From Octopus vulgaris (lineage: Eukaryota), in NCBI GenBank assembly GCA_951406725.2, contig OX597819.1:41664001-41728000 (forward strand): a stretch of DNA of 64,000 nt, in the 5' to 3' direction. The notes under the pieces were generated by a model. The model was not told the origin of the DNA. It did not search any database and was given only the letters and a program-made list of their open reading frames with translations. Made by a program: the position numbers and the translations under genes. Positions 52,849 through 64,000 of this stretch are shown here, one piece after another; position 1 is the first letter of the stretch; the number at the start of each line of letters is the position of its first letter.

Positions 52849-53040
52849 TATTTATTTACCATTACGTGTGTTTCATTTGCTAATAAGAGTTATAAAATTG
52901 TACATGTAGGTACAACATGTAAGACGTCTCCTATTCATGTAAGATATCTCCCAGCGGGAGAAGCCTTACATGTTTATCTTACATGTACAATTTTAAAACT
53001 CCTGTTACCAAATGAAACACGTGTAATGGGGAATAGATAT
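52849..53040. repeat. Imperfect ~190-bp palindrome
   Basis: CCATTACGTGTGTTTCATTTG...AAAATTGTACATGTA / TACATGTACAATTTT...CAAATGAAACACGTGTAATGG. Confidence 0.8.
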
Positions 53041-53088
53041 TCCAAACATAATTTCTCCGATCACCTGTTTATATATACACTCTCACAT

Positions 53089-53135
<47 letters not shown>

Positions 53136-53288
53136 TACATACATACATACATACATACATACATACATACATACATACATACATACATACATGCATGCAT
53201 GCATACATACATACACACACACATACATACATACATACATACATACATACATACATACATACATACATACATACATACATACATACAT

Positions 53289-53560
53289 AGTTATTCTATA
53301 GATTTCATGTTCAGGTTTATACCTGTAATGATTGGGGCCCTGAGATATGTAACACACTGCCTAAATACAAATCTTGAGAAATTAGGCTTCTCAAAACCAG
53401 AAAGGAGAAAGCAAATTCGAAGACTACAGATCCGGTCCATCACTGGAACTGTAAAAATCTGTAAAACTTTCCAGAAGTTTATCATTTAAATATATATGAG
53501 CATGTCTAGATATGCAACTATATGCATGAGAATACATACATAAAACATACAAATTTGCAC
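53289..53560 (+). mobile_element. 3' fragment of an RLE-type (R4/NeSL-like) non-LTR retrotransposon in (CATA)n
   Basis: FRFIPVMIGALRYV...LQIRSITGTVKICKTF resembles the P..IGA.G...LQ.....GT..I C-terminus of RLE elements. Confidence 0.55.
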
Positions 53561-53764
53561 ATACATACATACATACATACATACATACATACATACATAC
53601 ATACTTACATACATACATACATTGTACAGAAAGTAATGCAAAATTGAGCATCACTTTGTTATTGGCATAGGTCATTCGACTCTTCTTCGCCCTCCGCTTC
53701 CATTTTCTTCTTCCTCTTCATCATTGTCGTCGGCGGCGGTGGCATCATCTTTTTCGTCTTCTTT

Positions 53765-53806
<42 letters not shown>

Positions 53807-53890
53807 TTCTTCTTCTTCTTCTTCTTCTTCTTCTTCTTCTTCTTCTTCTTCTTCTTCTTCTTCTTCTTCTTCTTCTTCATCATCATCATT
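53765..53890. repeat. (CAT)n(TCT)n compound trinucleotide microsatellite
   Basis: Seen directly. Confidence 0.95.
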
Positions 53891-54339
53891 GCCGGCAAGC
53901 AACGCGCCGTCATTGAATGCCAGATGAACGAGAGGGCTGCAGGTTCTCACATGTTATTTATAGAAATGACGCCAGTGACACCCTCAAAGTGTACAAGATA
54001 GATGACGAAATTTAAAGAAGGAGAAGCCCGCTTGGAAGACATCAACTGTTATTGTTCACATGAATCACCAGAGGGTGAACAAATTAAATTGCCAGGTCGG
54101 ACGATTCACAGTCCGTGAACTTCAATCCCGGTCATCTTCGTCATTGACAGCATGAGTTATTCTTGGAATGTAACTTTTCAATCAGTGACAGCGCATCAAA
54201 ATGTGATGGGCGATTGATTTTGAAATTTCTATCTTATGACTTGTTTGAAAATCTTGTAATACACAGCAGTGCCCTTTCTTGTTTTGTGGGGCTCAACAAT
54301 ATCCGCATTCTTCCGGAAGTTTCATAGGCTTCAAACTTA

Positions 54340-54935
54340 CTTTTAATAAGAGTGACGAAATTCTGGTTTAAGCACTCCATATGACCCCTTCATAACTTTT
54401 TTCTTATTTTGGCGAATTTTCAGAAAGGTTTTGCGAATTTGCGTTCTACACGCGAGAATTCACACGATTAGGGGAAAAAAACAACATTTTTTAATTTTCT
54501 AAATCCCTTGCTCACCCTCCAGAATTCCTAAAATTTCCACTCTTTTTCGATTATTTTTTTTTAATTAAAGTTTAAAATACGGACACTCAGAATTTTTTGC
54601 TTAAATCCCAGCAAATGTGTTTATGGGGAGAAAAATATTGAAAAACATCAATACACATCAGAGTGATAAAGAAACGAGAAAGTTATCAGATAGTCGTGAG
54701 GTGTGCTAAAAGTAATAGCTAAATCGCACTTAAATCACATGGAAAAAAAATTTCTTTTTTTCGCACAATTGCAGGCGTGGCTGAGTGGTAAAAAGATTGC
54801 TTCCCAACTATATGGTTCTGGTTTCAGTCCCACTGCATGATACCTTGGACAAGTATCTTCTACTATGGCCTCGGGCCGATCAAAGTGGATTTGGGAGATG
54901 GAAACTGGGAGAAGCCCGTCGTGTGTGTGTGTATA

Positions 54936-54999
<64 letters not shown>

Positions 55000-55345
55000 T
55001 ATGTATATGTGTGTTTGCGCTCGCGCGTCCCACCACCGCTTGACAACCAGTGTTGGTATGTTTACGTCCACGTAATTTAGCGGTTCGGCAAAGGAGACAA
55101 ATAGAATAAGTACTGAGTTTAGTAAAAGCATTTAAGTACTATGGTCGATTCATACGACAAAAAATTCTTTGGCCGCAGTCTAATGACTGAAACAAGTAGA
55201 ATACAAAAAAAAATTATTTTAATCGCCCGAATTCCCGTATGTAGAAAACAAATTCGCAAAAATCTTCTGAGAATTCCAAAAATTAAAGAAGTTATGAGGG
55301 GTTATATGGAGTGCTTAACCCAGAATTCCGTCATTAGATTAAAGA
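54340..55345. mobile_element. TIR element with a SINE family 1 inserted (54773-55200)
   Basis: Inverted arms AATTCTGG(T/G)TTAAGCACTCCATAT(G/A)ACCCC..CATAACTT at both ends. Confidence 0.65.
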
Positions 55346-55473
55346 TAAGTGGCTTAGGTGGATCTCTTTGAATCTCCTTCCTAACTGTCTTTGCATTTCG
55401 ACTGCATTTTCAAACAAAAGATTTAGGTATGCATGTTCTTCAACTTAACTTAGTTTAATCCAGAAGAGATTTT

Positions 55474-55889
55474 GGATCTTTTCGGTTTGAACAGCAGTTT
55501 TTTCTAGCGGTGTTATATGAAATTGTTACCCATAATTATGACCCTAGTATCGATCTATTGCATTTCAATCTGTTTTAGGGTTAGGGTTAGGGTGGAGGAA
55601 GGGTATCTTTTTTTTCTTCACAAATGTAAATAAACGCAATTTGTTTCTTAAACGAGGGACATATTCATACGGCACAGAATGTTATTTACTTCAATAGACG
55701 TATTTGATTGGTTGAAATTGCAGAAATTGAAGAAAAAAAACAACAAATATCTTACAAACCATAGAATTTTCTCAATAAAGCCAAGAGAAAAAGATGTTTT
55801 ATAAACACATTCTACCAGTATACGAAGTTTAAAATTTTTTAGTTGCCTAGAAATTATGTTAAAAACTGCCGTTCAAACCGAAAAGATCC
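55474..55889. mobile_element. Second copy of the Merlin-like MITE
   Basis: Same TIRs and interior as 45269-45702. Confidence 0.8.
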
Positions 55890-55940
55890 CAAACTTCTTG
55901 TAATATCCCTCCTAAACTGCCCTTACACTTCAACTGCATT

Positions 55941-56218
55941 TTCAAAATTCTTCCAACACTTTAGGGTTCATTTACTTTATTCAAAATTCTTCCAACACTT
56001 TAGGGTTCATTTACTTTGTTCAAAATTCTTCCAACACTTTAGGGTTCATTTACTTTGTTCAAAATTCTTCCAACACTTTAGGGTTCATTTACTTTGTTCA
56101 AAATTCTTCCAACACTTTAGGGTTCATTTACTTTGTTCAAAATTCTTCCAACACTTTAGGGTTCATTTACTTTGTTCAAAATTCTTCCAACACTTTAGGG
56201 TACATTTCCTTTATTCAA
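55941..56218. repeat. 39-bp minisatellite, ~7 copies
   Basis: Unit TCAAAATTCTTCCAACACTTTAGGGTTCATTTACTTTGT. Confidence 0.95.
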
Positions 56219-56948
56219 AGTTTAGTCTGACTCCCTTTATTTCTAATGGGTTAAACCGATAAAGAAATTAAAATTGAGTTATCAGATGTTAAAGTGTGTA
56301 TACGTTTTTGGGATGACTCTGTATGTATATTTATATACATACACCAAGATATGTGGCTGTATATATAAGTATGCGAGTGCGTGTATGTATATAAGTTATG
56401 TGTTTGCATATATATGTGTTTGCTTGTGTTTGTGTGTGTATGTGTATACATTCACACAATTTATATATGTGTGTTGTGTGTTTGTGTACGCACATATGTG
56501 TGTTCATATATGTGTGTGTGTATGTGTATGCGCGCATGCGCACGCAATATCAGCACCACCATTGAATAATCTTCGGATTTATATTTGATTGTGTGCAAAT
56601 GTAAAGACAAAACGCCCTAAACAAGGCGGCAGAAAATAAATAAATGTTATTTAATTAAACCAATTTTATTACATTTACTTTATATTTATTAGCTCTATTA
56701 TCTATTAAGTTTACACTTGGACAAAACAATTTTAAAATCAGAATACGTCTACTCCGCCATCAACACATTCTTCCGAAAATATTTTGACACAAAACAATGA
56801 ATAACAAAATGTTGTTTTTCAGAAAAAGGAAAAAGAAAAAGAAAAGAAAAGAAGGAATATTTACGAAAATTTAGTATTCGAAGTTGTCTACCACTGCAGC
56901 CCCCGGTCACTGACACGTCAGTGAATTTAATAGACGACAATAACAAAG

Positions 56949-57290
<342 letters not shown>

Positions 57291-57994
57291 AAAACTTACT
57301 TGGAAAAGGATGCGTGGCGTTCGATCATATAATAATATAAATATATGCAGATATACATACCCATATGTACATCCCTACATATATATGTATATATACATGC
57401 ACATATGGGTACAGGACACCAAAATACGTTGAACACAATGAGAAACGAAAACATAAAAACTAAAACATAGAGACGAACCTTTTTTCGAACAACTAAAAAA
57501 ACAAACAGAGAAATGAGACATACAACATAAAGAATATTCCCTTTCATCAGTTGTCCCTGTTTCATCTACTCAGCGTTCCAAAGGCAAGGACAAGACGCGA
57601 CTTCGTTGAAACAATCCTTCTCGCAAAACAAATTGAATAAATTTGGGATTTTGTGCGGAGGGTGAAAGTGGTAACAAGAACAGGACAGTGAGAACAAAAC
57701 AGAAAAAAACTGTTAAATACATATATCTATCTATTTATTTATGTAGTCGTTGGTTATACCATTGGCTTCAAGTCTATTATTGCTCTTGTCAATATAGGCG
57801 AACTGTTGGCCGGAGGTAAAAAAAAAAAAAACCTTTTCTCTAACGGAGGTAAAAATACAGTCTTGGTCGGTAACGTTGTGAAAAGAACACCTAAATGGAA
57901 TTCTTCGAAGCGAAAACCTCTTCACGTATATGAAATGTGTATTTTTGTGTAACTGTGCGTGTATGTGTGTGTGTATATATATATATATGCTTAT

Positions 57995-58465
57995 ATGGAA
58001 CTGATCGCATGATTTAACACTAACAAGGGAAGAGGCAGAACAAGGTTCACCCAGTTTGGTATAGCCGACTTTTAACCATCTATATGAAAAGGGCTACTGG
58101 CCAAGGAGCTTTCTTTCGCGAGGGGCTTAACTAACATTAGCGACAGAAATATAGAAGTCATTGTGCATGCCAGAAAGGCAATGGTATTCAACATAGGATA
58201 GGTATGGGTCACGCAATCCGACCCCATGGGCTCCTTTTACGTAGCGATGGGAACCTTCGATAATGCTGACGTATGCGACCTCATTGGGTTGTACATCCTC
58301 GATACCTTTAGGAAAAAGTTCCCCTCTGTCCTATTTGGCCTCTACAGAAATGTCTCCTTGACCATCTGTAGCGAGGCAAACGGGCATACACTAGACAGGC
58401 TTAGAAAAAATCTAATAAGCACGCTTGCCTCCATGGGATTGAAAATCACCATAGAGACCAATTTT
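57995..58465 (+). mobile_element. Penelope-like RT fragment
   Basis: FGIADF*PS...FYVAMGTFDNADVCDLIGLYIL...GLYRNVSL...GLKITIETN corresponds to a decayed PLE RT MGS.DGAE...GLYRDDGL region. Confidence 0.75.
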
Positions 58466-58469
58466 TTCT

Positions 58470-61400
58470 ATTGAAATTGTTGTCTATTGTTGAATATTTT
58501 CGAAAATTTTTGTGCTTTTTCCCGGTGACGGGAGAATGTAATTGTTGAAATATTGAACTTATTAATATTATTAATATTGAACTTATTAAAGCCGTTATAG
58601 GCTTTATTGCCCCCCCCCCCCAGCTGGGGTGGCATTTGAACTATTATTCTCATTAAGAGGAAAAAAATATTATAGGTTTCCCGTTTTTTGGCATAAGCAA
58701 TTTATTATTGCTAGAAAATTTTAATTTTAGCCGTTGTAGGCTCTATTGTGCAATCCGCCACTAGCGTGGGCGAGATTTGGACTATTGTCCTCGTTGTGAG
58801 GGGAAAAAAAATATTATAGGTTTCCCGTTTTTTGGGGGATTCTATATTTTATTATTGTGTGAAAAAAAAAATAATTTCGAACGTTGCAGGCTTTATTGCT
58901 ACGTCTCCCCACCACCACCAACAGTTGTCCTCGGTAAGAGGGACAAAAAAAGTAAAAACTTATAGGTTTCCCTTTTTCTGGGATTAAATTGTATTTCATT
59001 TATTTCGAACGAATATGTCGGTCGAAATAATCCAAGAAAAGAACCAGCTGCATGAGCCAGCAAAAAAGTTCGCGGCAGTAGCCGCTGTGTCTTCAAAAAT
59101 TATTATAATTGAAACGGAGAAGCTCTCCGAGCATTTTGAGAGAATGAAAGAGGGTGGGGATATAAAGATCTCACCCTCCCCTAGTGCTGAAATTTTGAAG
59201 AGAAGGAAACTCGTTTACAAAACCTACTGTCCTTCATCGAAGAAATTCAAGCACTTCGAAAAGTGCGAAATAGAAAAATGCCTGGCCCCTATATGGAAAG
59301 ATATAAAATACATAGCGAAGGGCCGGGCATATGGAACAATAGAGGCCAGATTCGAGACGGACGAAAAAGCCCAAGAGCACTCAGTGAGTCCTCTAAAAAC
59401 GAAGGAGGTGGTGCTGCTCCCAACATACATGGGAAAGAGAACAGCACGCGTCCGAATAAACGACGTACCACCAGAAACTGAGACAAGGGAGGTGATGGTC
59501 GCCCTGTTGTATAACAAGACGGACAAAATCACCTTCCTCCAAATTACATGCACTGCCCCACAAAATTGGCAAGGGCAGAGCATCTCTGCGATTATTCAAG
59601 GAACGCAACAAGACATTGAAATGTTGCCAGAAAGAGTGCTCTTGGGGGAAGATATTGCCCTCAATATTCAAGTAAAGGGCAAAAAGCCCACGTGTTTCGG
59701 ATGTGGCAAAAAAGGCCACATTCGTGTAGACTGTGAAATATAGAAAAAAAGAAACTAAGTGCGTAGACATCAGGCCCTTCAACTACAGAAAATTACCCCA
59801 AACCCGCACACAAATTAGCCCCCTCAGAAACAAATACTCCCACCCCACCATCTGTGGCACCCGCTCCCAAACAAAACACTCCAAAACCCCAGGCCATGCA
59901 CACGCCGGTCCCGACAGAAACAAATGCACCCACCCCTCTGAAGTAACAACTCCTCTGGAAGACACCATGGAGGTGACCGAGGGGAAGTTCAAGACGCCCA
60001 GAAAAAAGAGAATACATGTACCTTCCCCACCCATATCCCCCACAAAGAAAAAAGAAGAAAAACAGCACACCACAGAGAAAAAAAGGATCCCGCTCCACTG
60101 TCCCAAAAGAGAAAATAAAAAAACAAAAACGGAACAAAAACCCTGTTAAAGTTTGATACCAGGGATAAATATATTATGGATATTTTAAAAGAGCACCACA
60201 CCGTGGAGCTGTTGCAGCAGCCCGAAGACACGGAAGAGAGATGTGCTTGGATATCAGAAAAACTGCATAATGAAACGAAGGGTAGGCATCCGAGGACCAT
60301 CACGAACATCCCGGACCTTCCGCGGTATTTGATGGTGTTTTTGAAGGAGCAGGAGGAAAGGACTGCCTCACGTGTGGTGAGGTCAGCCCCAGCATCACCA
60401 ATAAAAGAAAAAAGTGAAAGAGTAAGTAGAACCCTTGCTTTTCTTTTGTTATAAATGACTGCACTTAACCTTGGGTGTTTGAATGTGCGTGGTCTGAGCT
60501 CGAAGTGGAAGCAAGCTTGTTTCTTCGACGACCTCAGATCACATGATATGCATGTGATGGTTGCTACAGAGACCAAGCTGGACAGTCTACAAGCCTTCTC
60601 GCCCCTCCGAATGACTATGAGAAAATCATGTCTCCTAGCCGGACCGGAGGGCGAGGGGGTGTAGTAGTACTGGTTCGAAAAGGCTTGGCTCTGCAGACAA
60701 GTACAGTCTATGTAGACCCAGCAGGTGGGCTGGTCGTCCTTGATGTGACATACAGCAGTAAGGACTTCAGGTTGATCGGGATCTATGCACCTTGTGCTAG
60801 AGGATTGATTTCAAACTGATTTTTATCGGCGCCTAGAGAACTTTCTCGTGACGTCGAAGATATTAATGGTGTTAGGTGACTATAACGCTATGTTATAGTG
60901 ACTATAACGTGCATCGATGGTGTTGGCTCGATCTATAGAAAAGTAAACTCACGTCTCGTGGATCTACTCAAGCGGTTTCAGCTGGCAGATCGTTACAGAC
61001 TTGACCATCCGAACGTCCCAGGGTGGACCTGGATGAGTGGCGACGGAAGGTTCAAGTCCTATTTAGATAGGATAGTGATAAGAACTGGAGATAAGTTTAG
61101 TTTTAGCTGTCCACGGCTTGTCCAAGTAGCATACACTGACCATAGAATGGTTAAGTGTAGACTGGACATAGATAGTACAGTTAAGAGAGGATCCGGCTAC
61201 TGGAACTGAACAAGTCTATTTTGACTTGCGAGGCATACCGTAGCAGGATTGAGGAATTAGTACAGAGGGCGTTAACCGGCGCGGTGGTTAATAACCGATG
61301 GTGGTTCGCCCTGAAGAGAGCCATTCGTTTTGAGTCTATTAGGTTTAGCCGTCAGCTAAGACTAGATAAGGCCAGAATAGAAGGGCAACTAGTTAAGGAC

Positions 61401-63785
61401 CTAGAGGAGGCGTTGAGGTTGGGCTCTGCATCTCACATTTTGGCAGCGAGAACGGCCTTTGACCGTCTCCTCAAAGCCAAACATGAGGGGTGCAGAGTTC
61501 GGGATAAAGTGCGCGCATTGGGCCGTGAGAGAATTAATGTTGCCGGACAGGCCCTTACGGTAGAAACCCAGCGTGGCAATGATGCCAATTAGCAGCAGAA
61601 TGGGAGAATTCCTAAGTCTGCGAGCCGGGAATGGTGACGTTGATCAGGAAGGACCCGAGCAAGGGGGACGAGATAGGGAACTTCAGGCCCATAACTCTGT
61701 TGAACACAGAGTTAAAGATTTTGGCCAAGGTGCTAGTGAAAAGGTTGGCGCGGGTCGTGGACAAACTTGTCGGGGAAGCGCAAACGTGCGCTATCCCGGG
61801 CGGGACGATACACGAAAATCTCCACTTTATACGCTACTCCTTAGAGAGGATGGGGAAGCTTTCTGGCGCAGGGAAGGGGGCACTGGTACATTTAGACCAG
61901 ACTAAGTCATTCGATAGGGTCGACCATCGGTACTTGGCAGCGGTCCTCGAAAAGGCTGGCCTGGGCCCGACTTTCCACGGTTGAATTGTTGCATTGTACA
62001 GTGACATCGAGCCCGTCGTAAAAGTGAACGGTTTCCTTTCGAAGCCATTCAGGATCGAGCGCTCAGTGCGTCAGGGGTGTCCCATGTCCCTTCTTTTGTA
62101 TGTACTGGCTCACGAGCCATTATTGCGGAAGTTGGAGGCACTAGGGGGCGCTCCGCATGATCTATGGTGTGGAAGAGGAGCTACGGCGTATTCGGATGAC
62201 ATCTCCATTATCGTGGCGGATGAGGGCCAGCTTCCAGTGGTGGAAGAGGCTATCAAAAGTTATGAGGCGGTGGCAGGAGCAAAGGTTAACAAGGACAAGT
62301 CAATTGGTTTGCAGCTCGGCACCTGGAGGGGCAAGCCGATGCCGTCCAATAACGTCGTGGGGCGTTGGACGGAAGGTCCTGTTAAGCTGCTCGGAGTCTG
62401 GTTCGGGCCAGACCTCCAGATAGAGAAAAATTGGAGTGAGGTGGCCAGCAAGGTGACTGCTCTAACCCAGACTTGGTCTGGGCGGGCGTTATCTTTGCTA
62501 GGAAAGGCGGAGGTGGTGCAGATGTTTATAGCATCGGTTATCACCTACCGTCTGACTGTGGTGCCTTGCCCCGATTTGTGGCTGAACAAGTTGGAGAGAA
62601 TCCTTTTCCACTTTTTGTGGAAGGGAGGAAAGCCACTCGTGAAGCGCTCTGTCTCCTGCCAGAAACCGCTAAAGGATGGGCTAGGGGTGCCTTGGCTGAG
62701 GATGCGAAAATTCGCGTTAAGGGCACCTCTGGCTTTACCTGGATGGAGAGCAGGTGTGGTCACAACACGTTCGGTTCTACCTTCCGCAATCAATGTCCTT
62801 AACGGATATTGGTAACTGGATCAAGCAGAGACCTAGGCTGGGGGACTGACAATTGGAGTGCCGCCAGGCACTTCAGCTACTCTCTCGGGCGGGCAATGCC
62901 GGCAATAGGAGTTCCACCGCGGATTTCTATAGTGGGTTAGTGGAGGTTAAGTCCGAAGACGCCTTGGGGGAGACCCTGGGCTACGATGAAAATCAACCTG
63001 TTCCGGAGAACTTTCGGGCCGGGGTATCTGGACAATTACCAGAAATCCCTGGCTTGGCAGTGTTTCCGTGCGGCGTTACCTGTTCGTGATAAACTGTCAA
63101 GGCACGGAAGTGCCGTCTCGCCGACATGTCCGAGGTGCGGGCAGGACAAGGAAACCGTCTTGCACGCATTTGTGGAGTGTCCGGAATTAACGGGACTGAT
63201 AGTTTTCGCAGAGCAACTGTTGTCATCGATGGGAAGAGTACAGCTATCAGCTGAATCTATCATCGAGATTGTGCCGCCTCCTGCCCTTAACAGGGAAAAG
63301 AAGGCTTGTTTTTTCTGCGTAATAGCCATACTGAAAGAAACAGTATGGAAAACGCGTGTGAGAGGCATATTGTCGGGTACCTTTGTATCCGGCCAGGGGC
63401 GGGTTAACTTTTTTAGTTACTACCTCAGTAATAAGATCAGGCTGGAGAGAAAAGGTACCTGTCACGAGACAGATTCATGAGAAGATTGAAGCCTGTGGCG
63501 AGGAAGCTGGGAGTGTTTGGCACCAGGTAATTGAAAGCCCAAACCAGGAAAGAAAAAGCAAGGGGTCTACCCTGGTGGTCGGATGCTTATCCTTCAGAGA
63601 AGCCATTACAAATTTCATTTGTAATGAGCAACGCTTAAGTCAAAAGTTATAAACATGTTTATTAAATCATTGTATAATTTAAATTGTAAATATTTAATCG
63701 CTACGGCTACTTCACCCTTTTATGTTTGTCTATTCTTGTTCGTCCCCTCTTTGTAATGCCTTCATGGCAAATACTTATGAAATAA
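58470..63785 (+). mobile_element. Second, diverged and degenerate Tx1/L1-clade LINE
   Basis: ORF1 from 59015 with CFGCGKKGHIRVDC. ORF2 from 60455 (APE, RT with YSDD, CPRC..H...C) has many frameshifts and an internal deletion near 61595. The 3' end abuts a SINE family 1 head. Confidence 0.92.
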
Positions 63786-64000
63786 AGTAGCTTGCTTACC
63801 AACCACTTGGTTCCGGGTTCAGTCTCACTGCGTGGCAACTTGGGCAAATGTCTTCTACTATAGCCTCGGGCCGACCAAAGCCTTGCGAGTGGATCTGGTA
63901 GACGGAAACTGAAAGAAGCCCGTATGTATATGTATGTGTTTGTCTGTCTGTGTTTGTCCCACCAACATCGCTTGACAACTGATGGTGGTGTGTTTACGTC
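63786..64000 (+). mobile_element. SINE family 1 lacking its first ~24 nt
   Basis: Starts AGTAGCTTGCTTACCAACCAC directly after the LINE tail. Confidence 0.85.

Noticed and set aside
53659-53950. Poly-E/D, poly-K/M and poly-S ORFs
   Set aside because: Compound trinucleotide repeat with no splice or domain support.
55843-56262. 139-aa ORF with SKFFQHFRVHLLC repeats, and a possible CRISPR-like array
   Set aside because: It is the translation of a 39-bp tandem repeat with no spacers, no cas genes and a eukaryotic context.

Overview
AT-rich, microsatellite- and transposon-dense animal genomic DNA with a 100-N gap at 22762-22861. The repeat repertoire suggests an octopus, but that is inference. 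Left of the gap, nine phase-consistent GT-AG exons on the minus strand (473-20564, 1092 nt) encode the C-terminal part of a dual oxidase (DUOX)-like peroxidase-homology domain and the start of its first transmembrane helix. The canonical heme ligands are replaced. The rest is mobile DNA: two diverged Tx1/L1-clade LINEs, Penelope-like (PLE) remnants, Tc1/mariner, Chapaev3-like, hAT-, piggyBac- and Merlin-like MITEs, a Helitron, a solo LTR and at least five SINE families. Two systems stand out. (1) A Tx1 LINE and a SINE variant share the same 3' tail, and both repeatedly insert into the tRNA-derived heads of SINEs, with TSDs visible at several sites. (2) Minimal type-I hammerhead ribozyme motifs occur in PLE-derived repeats, including one fused to a tRNA head as a SINE. 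All calls were made by eye, and repeat boundaries are approximate unless a TSD or TIR is quoted.
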